DNA of 62,434 nt from an uncultured Methanosarcinales archaeon (GTDB lineage: Archaea > Nanobdellota > Nanobdellia > Woesearchaeales > GW2011-AR9). This document shows positions 46,222-56,763 of the stretch, one piece after another. A program made the position numbers and the translations under genes. The notes beneath the pieces are model-generated. The model had not been told where the DNA came from, made no database searches, and was given only the letters and a program-made list of their open reading frames with translations. How positions within the stretch are numbered: position 1 is the first letter of the stretch; every line of letters begins with the position of its first letter. The DNA lies in NCBI GenBank assembly GCA_964460605.1, contig CAYWPT010000002.1:1-62434 (forward strand). Direction: 5' to 3'.

Positions 46222-46878
46222 TTATTCTTTCCAAGCAAGAGTTCCAGGTCCTCTACGACCAACCTTAGGCCCATCAACATAAGATAAACCTGCTTTAACC
46301 ATATTCTCACGAACTACCCTAGCACAGCTGTAAGTGGCTAATTTAGCTCCAGAACGCATTGTAGAAGCAACATGCCTAAAAAACTCTTCAGACCACATTT
46401 CAGGCTGTGTTTTAGGAGAAAAAGGGTCAAAAAATACTAAGTTGAAATAGTCTTGATAAAGTTCCTTCACTTTCTTCTTAGCATCACCTACAATAAGCTT
46501 AATTTTCACATTCCCTTCAGAGATTTCAAGCTTATTCTCACTCAAGCCCTTCAAAAGAGCAAATGCCTTGATTTTAGGCTCAACATCTTGAATCTTCTTT
46601 ACTATTTCAATATCACTTTCAAGCCCAACGATTTCAATCACACAATCAGGATTAGCAGCCAAAGCCACATCAATAGCCATAGCAGAATTATAACCCATGC
46701 CAAAACATACATCAAGCAATTTTAGAACTCCCTTTTCACGAGCAAGCTCAGCCACACCAGAAGGCTCACAAAATTTCTTCAAAGCTTCTTCTACAGCTCC
46801 AGTAAAGGAATGATAAGACTCGTTGTACTTCTCATTATGAAATGTTTCTGATCCATCTGCAGTGCTTACTTTCTCCAT
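46222..46878 (-). CDS. MnmC-like SAM-dependent methyltransferase (DUF752 type)
   Basis: ETFHNEKYNESYHS, LDVCFGMGYN and FFDPFSPKTQPEMWSEEFF motifs. Confidence 0.65.
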   Translation of the reverse strand: MEKVSTADGSETFHNEKYNESYHSFTGAVEEALKKFCEPSGVAELAREKGVLKLLDVCFGMGYNSAMAIDVALAANPDCVIEIVGLESDIEIVKKIQDVEPKIKAFALLKGLSENKLEISEGNVKIKLIVGDAKKKVKELYQDYFNLVFFDPFSPKTQPEMWSEEFFRHVASTMRSGAKLATYSCARVVRENMVKAGLSYVDGPKVGRRGPGTLAWKE

Positions 46879-46913
46879 AAGTCTCTTAATTTAGATTTTA
46901 ATTAAAAATCTAT

Positions 46914-47705
46914 CTATACTTTTTCAGCACGTCCTTTACGGACTAACAAATCTGCAATCTCTGGAAAAATTTCACTCTCTTGACCTTGTTTAAATGGCCC
47001 ATACTCTTTCATATCTTTCCAAATAAATTTTGGTACTGCATGTAAGAAGCGTACTTTTGCCATATCTATTGGATCTAATTCCTTCTTCTCTTCAGAAACT
47101 GCCTTTTTCACATCATTTGTTTTTTCAGCACTCACAGTTGGAGCATCAACGTTTGAAAACTTTTTCATTAGTTCTTTACTTTTAACTCCCTTCTCTTCAA
47201 CAGGCATCTCTTCTTTTGGAATTGCATCATAATCTTCAGAATAATTTGTTAAATGTTCTTTTTTATGTGGTGTAAAGCTCTCATCAACTAAAGGAAGATC
47301 CCCTTTGAATAATTGCACAAGAACTCCTTTACGATAGGCATCTAAATGTCCAATTATTTCTTTGTAAAATTCTTTTTCTTCACGAAGCATTGCAGAGGTA
47401 TCAATAATGTCAGATTTTGTTCTACTTTTGTTCAAAGCAATATCAATAATTTTTTTCTCACGCTTTTCATATATCTCTTTTAAGATTCTTTTAATACTAC
47501 GTAATTCATATTCTAATTTATCTTTTTCAGAACTTGCAAAAATTTCATCTTCACTACTTTGAGCTTCTAAAAGGGCTTTTTTTTCTCGTAGATAGGAAAC
47601 AACATCCAAGAAGAAAGTACTCTCTAGCTTCTGTAAATCTTCGCGTTTTTTTTCATTTCGAAGAATATCATACAATGTTCCTAATGTTATCTTTACCTCT
47701 GACAT
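46914..47705 (-). CDS. GINS51-like replication protein with an internal insertion
   Basis: N-terminus LYDILRNEKKREDLQKLESTFFLDVVSYL and C-terminus DMKEYGPFKQGQESEIFPEIADLLVRKGRAEKV match the archaeal Gins51 A and B domain patterns. Confidence 0.6.
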   Translation of the reverse strand: MSEVKITLGTLYDILRNEKKREDLQKLESTFFLDVVSYLREKKALLEAQSSEDEIFASSEKDKLEYELRSIKRILKEIYEKREKKIIDIALNKSRTKSDIIDTSAMLREEKEFYKEIIGHLDAYRKGVLVQLFKGDLPLVDESFTPHKKEHLTNYSEDYDAIPKEEMPVEEKGVKSKELMKKFSNVDAPTVSAEKTNDVKKAVSEEKKELDPIDMAKVRFLHAVPKFIWKDMKEYGPFKQGQESEIFPEIADLLVRKGRAEKV

Positions 47706-47826
47706 CTTAACCCAATAATTTTAAATGAGAGCTTAAGCTATTTCTCATTACCTATGTACCCCTAAACTCAAATAAAAAGATTTCTTACTTAAAAAACATA
47801 CTATTCAGAAAAAGCTATGTTTGAGA

Positions 47827-48006
47827 TTATTTTATCTCATTCATAAAATCACTTGGATAAGTCATTCTCCTATTGGCTTTATCTTTTTCAACTTTTATTC
47901 TAAAAACACCTACTTTATAAATCTCATCAATAGACTGAGAAAGTACTACTTTATCATATTCTAGTGCAGGCACTGTTTCTACTAATTGTATGTTTTGTGC
48001 ATTCAT
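47827..48006 (-). CDS. small hypothetical protein (59 aa, below the track cutoff)
   Basis: An ATG...TAA ORF (MNAQNIQLVETVPALEYDKVV...) upstream of, and co-directional with, the GINS-like gene. Confidence 0.25.
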   Translation of the reverse strand: MNAQNIQLVETVPALEYDKVVLSQSIDEIYKVGVFRIKVEKDKANRRMTYPSDFMNEIK

Positions 48007-48076
48007 ATTTTTTTTGTAATTCTTTTATAAACTTTATGTCAAGAACATTTAAATATGAACCACATGTTTTCTCACC

Positions 48077-49297
48077 ATGGCAGAACTTAGCTACGAGACT
48101 TTATCCTTCATGCAGAAAGGTGAAAATGTACAAATTACTCTATTAAACCTCTTCTTAGCAGAACTTCCAATACAAGAATTTAATTCAATTGGTCCGTTCA
48201 AAATTTTAGATCCCCATACCTTAGAATTTACAGGAACTTTCCAGAAGAAAGCAGAAGTAAAATTTGCGGGATTATTACATAAAGCATTTGAAAATCTAAC
48301 AAACAAATTAACTGGTAATAAGGCAAAATATATTCATAGAAATACTGGTATCCCATTGTATGGTAATGTGGCTTTTGGAATCATTAACCGTGGAAGTTCT
48401 ATCATTGAAATTAAACCAGTAACCTCTTGTAACTTAGATTGTGTCTATTGTAGTATTTCTGAAGGCCTGAGTAGCAAGAAAAATGATTTTGTCATTGAAG
48501 AAGCTTATTTAATCGAAGAATTAGAAAAATTATTAGATTTTATAGAAAAACCAGTGGAGATTCATATCGGTGTACAAGGAGAACCTTTCCTCTATGCTGA
48601 CATGGAATTATTAATTGAAGATTTACAAAAGATGGAACAAGTGCATACTATCTCAATTGATACTAATGGTACTTTACTCAATGAAGCTAAAATTGATAGA
48701 TTAGCTAAGAATGATAAATTACAAATGAATATGAGTCTTGATGCAATCGATGAAGATATTGCACGAAAAGTAGCTGGTACAAAAACTTATAATGTAAAAC
48801 ATGTAAAAAAAATGATCGCTTATGCTTCTGAAAAATTAAATAAAGTAATCTTAGCACCTGTTCTTACACTCGGATTTAATGAGGAAGAGATGGAAAAAAT
48901 AATCTTATTCATTAAATCATTAGAACACAAACCAATTCTGGGTATTCAAAATTTCTTAAGATATAAAACTGGGAGAAATCCTGGAAAAGAAATGTCTTGG
49001 GAAAACTTTTACACACTTTTAGATAAGTTAGAGAAAAAACATGATATTAAATTAAAACTACAAAAAGAAGATTTTAATATTAAACCAATTAAAGAGTTAA
49101 AAAAACCATTTGTTGAAGGTGATGAAGTAAGTGCAATGCTAAAATGTGAAGACCGATTTCCTGGCTCTTCAATTGCTGTTGCAAAAAGTAGAACAATTTC
49201 TGTGCCTGGTATGCCTTTTAGATGGGGTAAAAAAGTAAGATTAAAGATCACAAGAGATAAACACAACATTTTTGTGGGTAAATTAGTTTCTAGATAA
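48077..49297 (+). CDS. radical SAM protein
   Basis: CNLDCVYCS CxxxCxxC motif. 406 aa with a C-terminal beta-rich domain. Confidence 0.7.
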   Translation: MAELSYETLSFMQKGENVQITLLNLFLAELPIQEFNSIGPFKILDPHTLEFTGTFQKKAEVKFAGLLHKAFENLTNKLTGNKAKYIHRNTGIPLYGNVAFGIINRGSSIIEIKPVTSCNLDCVYCSISEGLSSKKNDFVIEEAYLIEELEKLLDFIEKPVEIHIGVQGEPFLYADMELLIEDLQKMEQVHTISIDTNGTLLNEAKIDRLAKNDKLQMNMSLDAIDEDIARKVAGTKTYNVKHVKKMIAYASEKLNKVILAPVLTLGFNEEEMEKIILFIKSLEHKPILGIQNFLRYKTGRNPGKEMSWENFYTLLDKLEKKHDIKLKLQKEDFNIKPIKELKKPFVEGDEVSAMLKCEDRFPGSSIAVAKSRTISVPGMPFRWGKKVRLKITRDKHNIFVGKLVSR

Positions 49298-49383
49298 CAA
49301 AAATGGTGGGTGGCTCATCTATATTAATGGATAATGGTCTAAATGACTCAATTTAACCACACCATTTTTGGAATGAAAAAATG

Positions 49384-49409
49384 CTAAAAACAAGTTTTTA
49401 GTGTTTTTT
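49384..49409 (+). terminator. hairpin + T-run downstream of the radical SAM gene
   Basis: CTAAAAAC-AA-GTTTTTAG followed by TGTTTTTT. Confidence 0.3.
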
Positions 49410-49555
49410 CTTAAACAAAACTTATATACAATTATTCATTACTTTTCTTTGTGAGACAATCATTAGCAGCTTTGATACAAGCTTATGAGTCTTAGTCACT
49501 AATTGGGGATTAATGTGGGTAAGATTTATAAAGGTTTTTGAAAAATACTATCTAT

Positions 49556-50311
49556 ATGGCATCACAAAGGGAAAAAAAAAGTGCTGTACAATACATAACA
49601 GACCGTTTAGAAGATTCTGGACTTTACCTAGTGCAAACCCAGAGTCCTTTTGGTGTTGAAGTAATTAGTAAAAATAGTGGTAAAAAAGCAGAAGTTCTTA
49701 TTCCAAACTTTCTTGGTCCAGTAAGAAGATTTAATGAAGAGTACAGGGCTAATATTAGAGAAGAAACCCATACAGTTCCAATTTTATACAAAGATAGAAA
49801 AACAGCTTTTGTAAGAATGGCTGATAGAAACCTTTCTTTGAGAGCAGAAAAAAGTCTGAAAAGATATTCTTTAAAAGATATCAATTCCATGCTTCATCTA
49901 AGAGCAATAGAAAAAATTGTTTTAGGTTTAAATAGTGGAGGAACATTATTTTATATGCAACCAGAAAGTGATCGTTTACCTGAAGCTTTAGTTGAATTTG
50001 GTTTAGGGGATGTTACTCTAGATTATTCACATATCTCTCAAGATGATAGAAGATTTGATTTTGTAGAAGATAGGACGTCTATTGATTACAAATTGCCTAC
50101 AAAAGTAGGAAACTTAGGACCTGCAATTAGAATAATGGAAAGACCTGGAAGAGCCTTAATTGCCCAAGCTCAATCTACTGAAATTGGAGATGATTTTGAC
50201 TTAGAGAATTTTATTGAAAAATGTGCAAGGGAAAATCGAGAAACCGCTAGATCTATCTTTCCAGACTTTTCTGAAGATGAGGCTTTAGCAGCCCTTCATG
50301 GTACTTATTGA
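49556..50311 (+). CDS. hypothetical protein
   Basis: An ATG at 49556 lies within the tracked TTG-start ORF. No recognised motif. Confidence 0.45.
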   Translation: MASQREKKSAVQYITDRLEDSGLYLVQTQSPFGVEVISKNSGKKAEVLIPNFLGPVRRFNEEYRANIREETHTVPILYKDRKTAFVRMADRNLSLRAEKSLKRYSLKDINSMLHLRAIEKIVLGLNSGGTLFYMQPESDRLPEALVEFGLGDVTLDYSHISQDDRRFDFVEDRTSIDYKLPTKVGNLGPAIRIMERPGRALIAQAQSTEIGDDFDLENFIEKCARENRETARSIFPDFSEDEALAALHGTY

Positions 50312-50439
50312 TTTTTCTCTTTCTAAAAAACAAGTCATTAAAAATTATAAATTTTTAGGGCTTCCTTGAAATAAGACTTGATTTCCGGAAGCTTTTTAAA
50401 CACTAAGGCCAGACTATCCTCTGTAAAGAGGGACTCATT

Positions 50440-53400
50440 GTGACAAAGATTAATCGATTAACCATTCATGGTTTCAAAAGTTTTGCCCACAAAACAGACG
50501 TGGAATTCGGTTCTAAATATAATTGTATACTTGGACCTAACGGTTCTGGTAAATCTAATGTAGGGGACGCTCTTTGTTTCGTACTTGGGAGAATTTCTGC
50601 AAAATCAATGCGTGCAGAGAAAGGTTCTAATTTAATTTTTAATGGTGGGAAAAAACACAAGCCTGCTAAAGAGGGAACAGTAGAGATAGAATTTGATAAT
50701 TCTGGTGGGGATTTTCCAGTTGATGCTAAACACGTTGCAGTATCAAGAACAATCTCAAAAAAAGGTTCTAGTGTCTACAGAATCAATGGGAAAAAATCAA
50801 CTCGAACAGAAATTGTAGAACTATTATCCCACGCACAAGTAAAACAAAATGGTTACAATATTATTTTACAAGGTGACATTACTCGATTTGTAGACATGCC
50901 CTCTGTTGAGAGAAGAAGAATTATTGAACAAATCAGTGATATCTCTCATTATGAAGATAAAAAACATAAAGCTCTATTAGAATTAGGAAAAGTTGATGAA
51001 AAATTAAATTCAGCTTCTATTATTATGAAAGAACGTAAAGCTTACTTACGTGAACTAAAAAAGGATCGTGACCAAGCTTTAAAGTTCAAAGAAGTAAAAG
51101 ATAAAATTGATTCTTACAAAGCAGGATATATCAATATCAAAATGCAAGCTCGTCTTAAAGAAAAAGAGGACTATGAAGGCAAAATTGCTAACCTTACTGA
51201 CAAAGTAAAAAAAGCAGATGCTGATGTGGATGCACTCAAAGTTAAAATTGAAGAAAAAAGAAATGCTATCAAAGAATTAAACAAAGAAATTGAACATAGT
51301 GGAGATACAGGACAAATCGCTATGCAAAAGGATATTGAAGCTCTAAAGACAGAATTAATCCAAAAGAAAACAAGGGTTTCTACTCTCAAAGATGAGATTA
51401 ATAAAATTGAAGTAAGAAAGGTACAGTTTGAAAAAGAAATTGAAGACTTACGTGGCAAAAACTCAGACTCAGCAAATGATATCAAAGAAATCACTAAAGA
51501 AGTAGCTTACAAAAAAAGAGAATTGAGCGACTTTGAAAACAAAATAACTGAATTTAGAAAGAAACACAAGATTGGTTTGAGTGGTGATCTAGAAACTTCT
51601 TTGGCTGATAAAGATAAGTTTATTGAAGAGCAACAAGAAGCAGTACAAAAAGTAAGACTACAACAACAAGAGCTTTTAAGAGAAAAAGATCGTATTGAAT
51701 TCCAATTAGAAAATATTGATGAGCAAATGAAAAAGGTAGCTCTTGTTCAAAAAGAGCATAAAGACCAAATTAAAGTACTCAAAAGCAATAAAGATTCTTT
51801 CAAAAATGCAAGTTTAAAATTAAGCAAATGTATTGAACAAGATTCTTCTTATGCTTCACAATTAGCTAATGCAAGAAAAAAGTTATTCACTTTGCAAGAA
51901 GAGCAAGCAAAAATTCACGCAAAGACACAAAGCATTCAAGCAAACATGTCACAAAACAACGCTATTAATTATTTACTCAAAAACAAAAACAAATTTGGTG
52001 GAATTCACGGGACTATTGCACAATTAGGTCAAGTAAAGAAGAAGTATGCTCAAGCTTTAGAAGCAGCTGCTGGTGCGAGAACCAACTTTTTAGTGGTTGA
52101 CGATGATAAAATTGCAGCAGATTGTATTGCACATTTGAAATCAAACAAATTAGGTCGGGCTTCATTTATTCCATTAAATAAAATTAGGGCAAACTCTGTT
52201 TCAATTAATCAAAAATCTATGATTAACAAAAATGGTGTACATGATTTCGCTATTAATTTAATCTCATATAGATCAGAATACAAAAAAGCATTTGAATTTG
52301 TTTTCGGTAGCACTTTAATTGTTGAAGATTTAAGCTCAGCACGTTCAGTAGGTATTGGTAGAGCTAAGATGGTTACATTAGACGGAAACATTGCTGAAGC
52401 TTCAGGAGTTATGAAAGGCGGTTTTGCTGGGACTCGTAGAGGTGCATCATTCCAAGAGAAAGGTTCATTAGAATCCTTAGAGAAAATTGATGCAGAAATG
52501 TCTGATCATCAAAGCGTCATTTCAAAATTAGAATCTAAAAGAGCAGATAATGATTCATTAATAACTCAACTTCGTAAAGAGAAAGGTGAATTAGAAGGAG
52601 AGATTGTGAAATTAGAAAAAACTCTACACTTAGATGGCTCAGATTTAGACGTCTCTAAAGATGTGAAAAAAGATTTGGGTGTTAGATTAAAAGAAGTCGA
52701 TACTGAATTAGGTGCAGTTGCTAAAAACATTGCTACTATTAACAGAAGTTTGGCTCAGGTTAAATCAGAAAAACAAATCTTAAGAAGTAAATTGACTGAT
52801 GTAAACAATCCAAGATTATTAGCACAATTGCAGGCTTTTGAAGAAGGTAAACAAAAAGCTAGAGAACGTATTATTCGTGGAGAAAATGATTTGAAAAACT
52901 TAACATCTCAACAAGACAAATTAATCGCTCCTGAGATTGAAAAAATTAATGAGATTATTAAACAGCACGATAAAGAATTTAACACTTTCAAGAAAGAAAT
53001 CGCTGATTTATCAACAGATATCACTGCAAAAGACAAAATCTTAGCTGTTAAGGAAAAAGATGCACAGGCTTTCTATGCAAAGTATAAAGGATTATTCAAG
53101 AAACGTGAAGAACTCAATTCATTTATTTCTAATAATGAACATAAAATTGAAAGAATTAGAGATGCTAATAGAACTGCAGAGAGGGAAATGAATTTACACT
53201 CATTAAAGTATGCTGAAATTAAAGCAAAATTGTCTGTACTTCAAGATGAATTTGAAAAGTATAAAGATGTTGAAATGGTAACTGGCAAGACTGAAAAAGA
53301 ATTATATGCAGAAGTAAGTAAATTTGAAGCAATTTTATCACAAATGTCAGCAGTAAATATGAAGGCTTTAGAGGTTTATGATAAAGTTGAAAGAGAGTTT

Positions 53401-53931
53401 AATCAATTAGTTGAAAAGAAAGATTCTCTACATAATGAGAAAGGTGAGATTTTAGTCCTTATGAACGAGATTGAGACCATGAAAAAGGAACACTTTATGA
53501 AAACCTTTGATGAAGCAAACAAACATTTCCAAGTTATCTTTTCACAATTATTCAAGAAGGGTGATGCTTTCTTAGAGCTTGAGAACAAAGATAAACCTTT
53601 TGATGGTGGTCTAGGTATTAAAGTTAAGTTGACTGGCAAAAGGCATATGGACATCAAAAGTCTTTCAGGCGGTGAAAAAACTTTAACTGCATTATCCTTT
53701 ATTTTCGCTATCCAAGAATATCAACCTGCTCGATTCTATATTCTTGATGAGATTGACGCAGCATTAGACAAAAACAATGCTGAGAAATTGGCTAAATTAA
53801 TTGGTTCTTATTGTGATAAAGCACAATATATTGTAATTAGTCACAATGATTCTGTAATTTCAGAAGCTGACAATTTATATGGTGTTTCAATGCAAAACGG
53901 TATTTCTAAAGTAACTAGTTTGAAGATTTAA
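50440..53931 (+). CDS. smc: SMC chromosome segregation ATPase
   Basis: Walker A GPNGSGKSN, long coiled coils, a hinge (GIHGTIAQLGQV..YAQALEAAAG), signature LSGGEKT and Walker B FYILDEIDAALD. Confidence 0.9.
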   Translation: MTKINRLTIHGFKSFAHKTDVEFGSKYNCILGPNGSGKSNVGDALCFVLGRISAKSMRAEKGSNLIFNGGKKHKPAKEGTVEIEFDNSGGDFPVDAKHVAVSRTISKKGSSVYRINGKKSTRTEIVELLSHAQVKQNGYNIILQGDITRFVDMPSVERRRIIEQISDISHYEDKKHKALLELGKVDEKLNSASIIMKERKAYLRELKKDRDQALKFKEVKDKIDSYKAGYINIKMQARLKEKEDYEGKIANLTDKVKKADADVDALKVKIEEKRNAIKELNKEIEHSGDTGQIAMQKDIEALKTELIQKKTRVSTLKDEINKIEVRKVQFEKEIEDLRGKNSDSANDIKEITKEVAYKKRELSDFENKITEFRKKHKIGLSGDLETSLADKDKFIEEQQEAVQKVRLQQQELLREKDRIEFQLENIDEQMKKVALVQKEHKDQIKVLKSNKDSFKNASLKLSKCIEQDSSYASQLANARKKLFTLQEEQAKIHAKTQSIQANMSQNNAINYLLKNKNKFGGIHGTIAQLGQVKKKYAQALEAAAGARTNFLVVDDDKIAADCIAHLKSNKLGRASFIPLNKIRANSVSINQKSMINKNGVHDFAINLISYRSEYKKAFEFVFGSTLIVEDLSSARSVGIGRAKMVTLDGNIAEASGVMKGGFAGTRRGASFQEKGSLESLEKIDAEMSDHQSVISKLESKRADNDSLITQLRKEKGELEGEIVKLEKTLHLDGSDLDVSKDVKKDLGVRLKEVDTELGAVAKNIATINRSLAQVKSEKQILRSKLTDVNNPRLLAQLQAFEEGKQKARERIIRGENDLKNLTSQQDKLIAPEIEKINEIIKQHDKEFNTFKKEIADLSTDITAKDKILAVKEKDAQAFYAKYKGLFKKREELNSFISNNEHKIERIRDANRTAEREMNLHSLKYAEIKAKLSVLQDEFEKYKDVEMVTGKTEKELYAEVSKFEAILSQMSAVNMKALEVYDKVEREFNQLVEKKDSLHNEKGEILVLMNEIETMKKEHFMKTFDEANKHFQVIFSQLFKKGDAFLELENKDKPFDGGLGIKVKLTGKRHMDIKSLSGGEKTLTALSFIFAIQEYQPARFYILDEIDAALDKNNAEKLAKLIGSYCDKAQYIVISHNDSVISEADNLYGVSMQNGISKVTSLKI

Positions 53932-53994
53932 GCTTATATTTAGCTTTATTCATAGCAAAACCTTTATAAAGAGTTCGGGTTCTTTTAGTCTAAG

Positions 53995-54183
53995 ATGGAA
54001 GTTACACAAACCAAATCCCAAAAAATGAAGAGATTTTGGAAAGAAACTCTTAGAGTTATGAGAATTACCAAAAGACCTAATAGGGAAGAGTTTACTACAA
54101 CTGTAAAAGTTACAGGGTTAGGTATCTCAGTAATTGGTATTGTAGGATTTTTAATCTTTTTAATAAAACAATTATTTTTTTAA
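53995..54183 (+). CDS. secE: preprotein translocase subunit SecE (Sec61 gamma)
   Basis: 62 aa: RITKRPNREEF followed by a single TM. It precedes spt5, as is usual. Confidence 0.8.
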   Translation: MEVTQTKSQKMKRFWKETLRVMRITKRPNREEFTTTVKVTGLGISVIGIVGFLIFLIKQLFF

Positions 54184-54242
54184 AATGGTATCAAAAATCA
54201 GAGATTTTTGGGACCATAAAAAAATCAAAGGAGATTTTTTGA

Positions 54243-54728
54243 ATGGCAAGCGAAATTTATGCAGTAAGAACAGCAGCGAACAGAGAAGATCAAGTAGTTG
54301 ATTTTTTAATTCCAAAGCTGGAGAAAGAAGGACAGTTAGAAGTATATTCAGTAATCAGACCACATGGTATGCGTGGTTACATTTTTGTAGAAGCTGGTAG
54401 TAAAACTGATGTTGAGATGGCTATCCAGCGTGTTCCTTACGCAAGAGGTATCTTGAAAGGAGAAATCCCTTACCCAGAAATTGAACATATGCTTGAGCAA
54501 GTAAAAGTGGAAATGAATATCCGTAAAGGAGATATTGTAGAATTGATTTCAGGACCATTCAAACGGGAAAACGCAAAAGTTATAAGGATCAACAAAGGTA
54601 AAGAAGAAATCGTTGTTGAGTTACTTGAAGCAGCTGTTCCAATCCCGATTACTATAGCTCAAGACGCAGTAAAAGTAATTCGTAGAGATTCAGATGATGA
54701 TGAAGACGAAATTGAGTTAAAACTTTAG
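54243..54728 (+). CDS. spt5: transcription elongation factor Spt5 (NusG)
   Basis: An NGN domain (IYAVRTAANREDQV) and a KOW motif (KGDIVELISGPFKRENAKV). Confidence 0.9.
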   Translation: MASEIYAVRTAANREDQVVDFLIPKLEKEGQLEVYSVIRPHGMRGYIFVEAGSKTDVEMAIQRVPYARGILKGEIPYPEIEHMLEQVKVEMNIRKGDIVELISGPFKRENAKVIRINKGKEEIVVELLEAAVPIPITIAQDAVKVIRRDSDDDEDEIELKL

Positions 54729-54747
54729 TTTTAATTTTTAATATTTT

Positions 54748-54852
54748 GCCCCTGTGGTGTAGATGGTGGAGCTTAGTTGCTTGCCAACACATTCCGGACT
54801 ATCATTCTGCCCTTTCGAGGCAGCGACTCGGGTTCAAATCCCGGCGGGGGCA
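54748..54852 (+). tRNA. tRNA-Glu(UUC) with an intron of about 30 nt in the D loop
   Basis: Acceptor stem GCCCCTG/CGGGGGC. Anticodon arm CTGCC-CTTTCGA-GGCAG. T arm TCGGG-TTCAAAT-CCCGG. Removing atggtggagcttagttgcttgccaacacat after GTGTAG restores the canonical archaeal tRNA-Glu D arm (GGTGTAGTCCGGACTATCAT). 105 nt genomic versus 75 nt mature. Confidence 0.75.
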
Positions 54853-55662
54853 CTTTCTTATCAACCTTTAGTTATTAATTTAGACGAACATTTAGTGAGT
54901 TTTATAGACGAGATAAGGGCTAGAAATTATTCTACTCATCATGAATGGAAAATTATTTGTTATGCCAAAAAATTGAGTAAATATACACACTTTTTTAATT
55001 ACAAAGAGATCTATAAGATCAAAGATGTTCTAAGAGGTTCAGATGGTTATTATAAGGCAATAAGAAGCCTCTGTGCTTATTTTGAAGAGATGTTCCTAGA
55101 TAATGATGATGTTCTAAAAGATCTTTCTAGGATAAGTAAATTGGTTAAGAAGCCAACATCTAAACCTGATATATATTGTCCTACAGATGAAGAAATTCAA
55201 GAGACTTTAGAGAAGTTGAAGTATTTGAATAAGAATATATATCATTTCTATATAGGTCTTATACATTCTGGTGTGCGTATACGTGAATTTGCTTACTATT
55301 TAGAAGATCCTTCAAGGTTTAAAGTAATTGAAAAGAAAGGGTTCAAGAAAGTTTTGCTTAATTACAAGAGAGGGAATAAATATTGCCAATACATCTATTT
55401 GCCTCTAGAATATTCTGAGGGGAAGTATGTATCTCCCAAGTATCTGAGTAAATTTCTATCTAAACATAAAGATTTGTTAAGGCCGAAATATATCCGGAAT
55501 TGGTTTTATTCAAAGTGTCTAAGCTCAGGGATTCCTTCTCCTGTTGCTGATTTTTACCAAGGGAGATCTGCAGTTACTGTTGGTGATAGACATTATCTGG
55601 ATAAGGAGAAAATGGCGGACGAGATGTATCTAAAGATTTGTGTCATAGATTTTATAAAATAG
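54763..55662 (+). CDS. tyrosine recombinase / integrase (start uncertain; ORF opens inside tRNA-Glu)
   Basis: HSGVRIREF (Arg I), KYIRNWF (Arg II region) and FYQGRSAVTVGDRHY (C-terminal Tyr). The first 30 or so codons of the tracked ORF are tRNA sequence. No ATG occurs before residue 110. Confidence 0.6.
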   Translation: MVELSCLPTHSGLSFCPFEAATRVQIPAGALSYQPLVINLDEHLVSFIDEIRARNYSTHHEWKIICYAKKLSKYTHFFNYKEIYKIKDVLRGSDGYYKAIRSLCAYFEEMFLDNDDVLKDLSRISKLVKKPTSKPDIYCPTDEEIQETLEKLKYLNKNIYHFYIGLIHSGVRIREFAYYLEDPSRFKVIEKKGFKKVLLNYKRGNKYCQYIYLPLEYSEGKYVSPKYLSKFLSKHKDLLRPKYIRNWFYSKCLSSGIPSPVADFYQGRSAVTVGDRHYLDKEKMADEMYLKICVIDFIK

Positions 55663-55679
55663 CTTCAATAATAAGGTGC

Positions 55680-56723
55680 ATGAGAAAAGGGACCGTAGTA
55701 ACAGGACTTGTTGCATTATTAGCTTCAACACCAGTTTCAGCTACGACAACTCCTTGTGTTACTCCTGTTGATGGGATGAGCATTACTCAAGACACAACTT
55801 TCTGCCCTGGAAGTTATTCTGTTCCTAATGGAATATCAATTGATGCAGATGGTGTAACGCTTGAATGTGATGGTACTGAACTTGTCGGTGATTATTCCTC
55901 TAATCCAGGACAAGGACCATCTGGGATATCAGTAATTGGTGTTGATGATGTATTCATTAAAGGGTGTACAGTTGATGATTTCTATAGGTCAATATTTATT
56001 GATCAATCAGATGCGTCCAGAGTTAGATTAAATGATTTGAATCCCACAGAAGGTAATACTGCTTTGTATTTAAGGGATTCAACAAATTCAAGAATTACTG
56101 CTAATACACTCAGAGGGACAACTTATGTTCCTGGAGATAGCTATGGGAATTTGATTCAGAATAATGAATTCCTTGAAAGCCCAGGTGCTGCGGTATTTCT
56201 TTTGAATGGTTCTCATCACAACATGGTGCGAAGGAATACTTTCTTGGGTACCACCGATGGAGTAGATTTACAATATGGATCACACCACAATAGAGTTGTG
56301 GATAATGATTTTTTAGATATTCAAAGATATGGTGTTGTTATTGTTAATGCAACTAATAGCCTTGTTTTTCATAACACTCTTGATGGAGTGGGTTCAGATG
56401 CTGTACGTGTTGCAGGAGAAGATACTGATGGCAACATGGTTGTAGTCAACAGGATTTATGATGCTGGCGGTGATTGTATCAGTGTTCAAGAATCAAGCAG
56501 GAACTTATTTGCTAATAATAGTCTAATTGGATGTGCTAATCCGGTTAGTGATGAACTCTCAAGCTTCTGGAACACCAGAAGAAGAGGTGGGAACCATTAT
56601 GAGGAATATGATCAGCCTTCAGAAGGATGTCATGATACAAATTTAGATGGTTTTTGTGATGCACCTTATGTAATTGATGCTGATAGTCAAGATAACAAAC
56701 CATTAGTTAGTCCTGTTTTCTGA
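55680..56723 (+). CDS. secreted right-handed beta-helix repeat protein (NosD/PbH1-like)
   Basis: AAGGTG RBS + ATG at 55680. It has a signal peptide (VVTGLVALLASTPVSA) and repeated ..N.I..N.. beta-helix turns (NRVVDNDFL, SLVFHNTLDG, NLFANNSLIG). Confidence 0.65.
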   Translation: MRKGTVVTGLVALLASTPVSATTTPCVTPVDGMSITQDTTFCPGSYSVPNGISIDADGVTLECDGTELVGDYSSNPGQGPSGISVIGVDDVFIKGCTVDDFYRSIFIDQSDASRVRLNDLNPTEGNTALYLRDSTNSRITANTLRGTTYVPGDSYGNLIQNNEFLESPGAAVFLLNGSHHNMVRRNTFLGTTDGVDLQYGSHHNRVVDNDFLDIQRYGVVIVNATNSLVFHNTLDGVGSDAVRVAGEDTDGNMVVVNRIYDAGGDCISVQESSRNLFANNSLIGCANPVSDELSSFWNTRRRGGNHYEEYDQPSEGCHDTNLDGFCDAPYVIDADSQDNKPLVSPVF

Positions 56724-56763
56724 GTTACTAAGATTTATTAAGAGTAGTTGCTTTTGTGACACA

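Noticed and set aside
49298-49370. A perfect 11-bp inverted repeat (CAAAAATGGTG ... CACCATTTTTG) spaced by 51 nt just after the radical SAM gene stop.
   Set aside because: It is a real repeat but isolated, with an AT-rich interior showing no further structure or coding signal. It is most simply part of a 3' UTR or terminator region.
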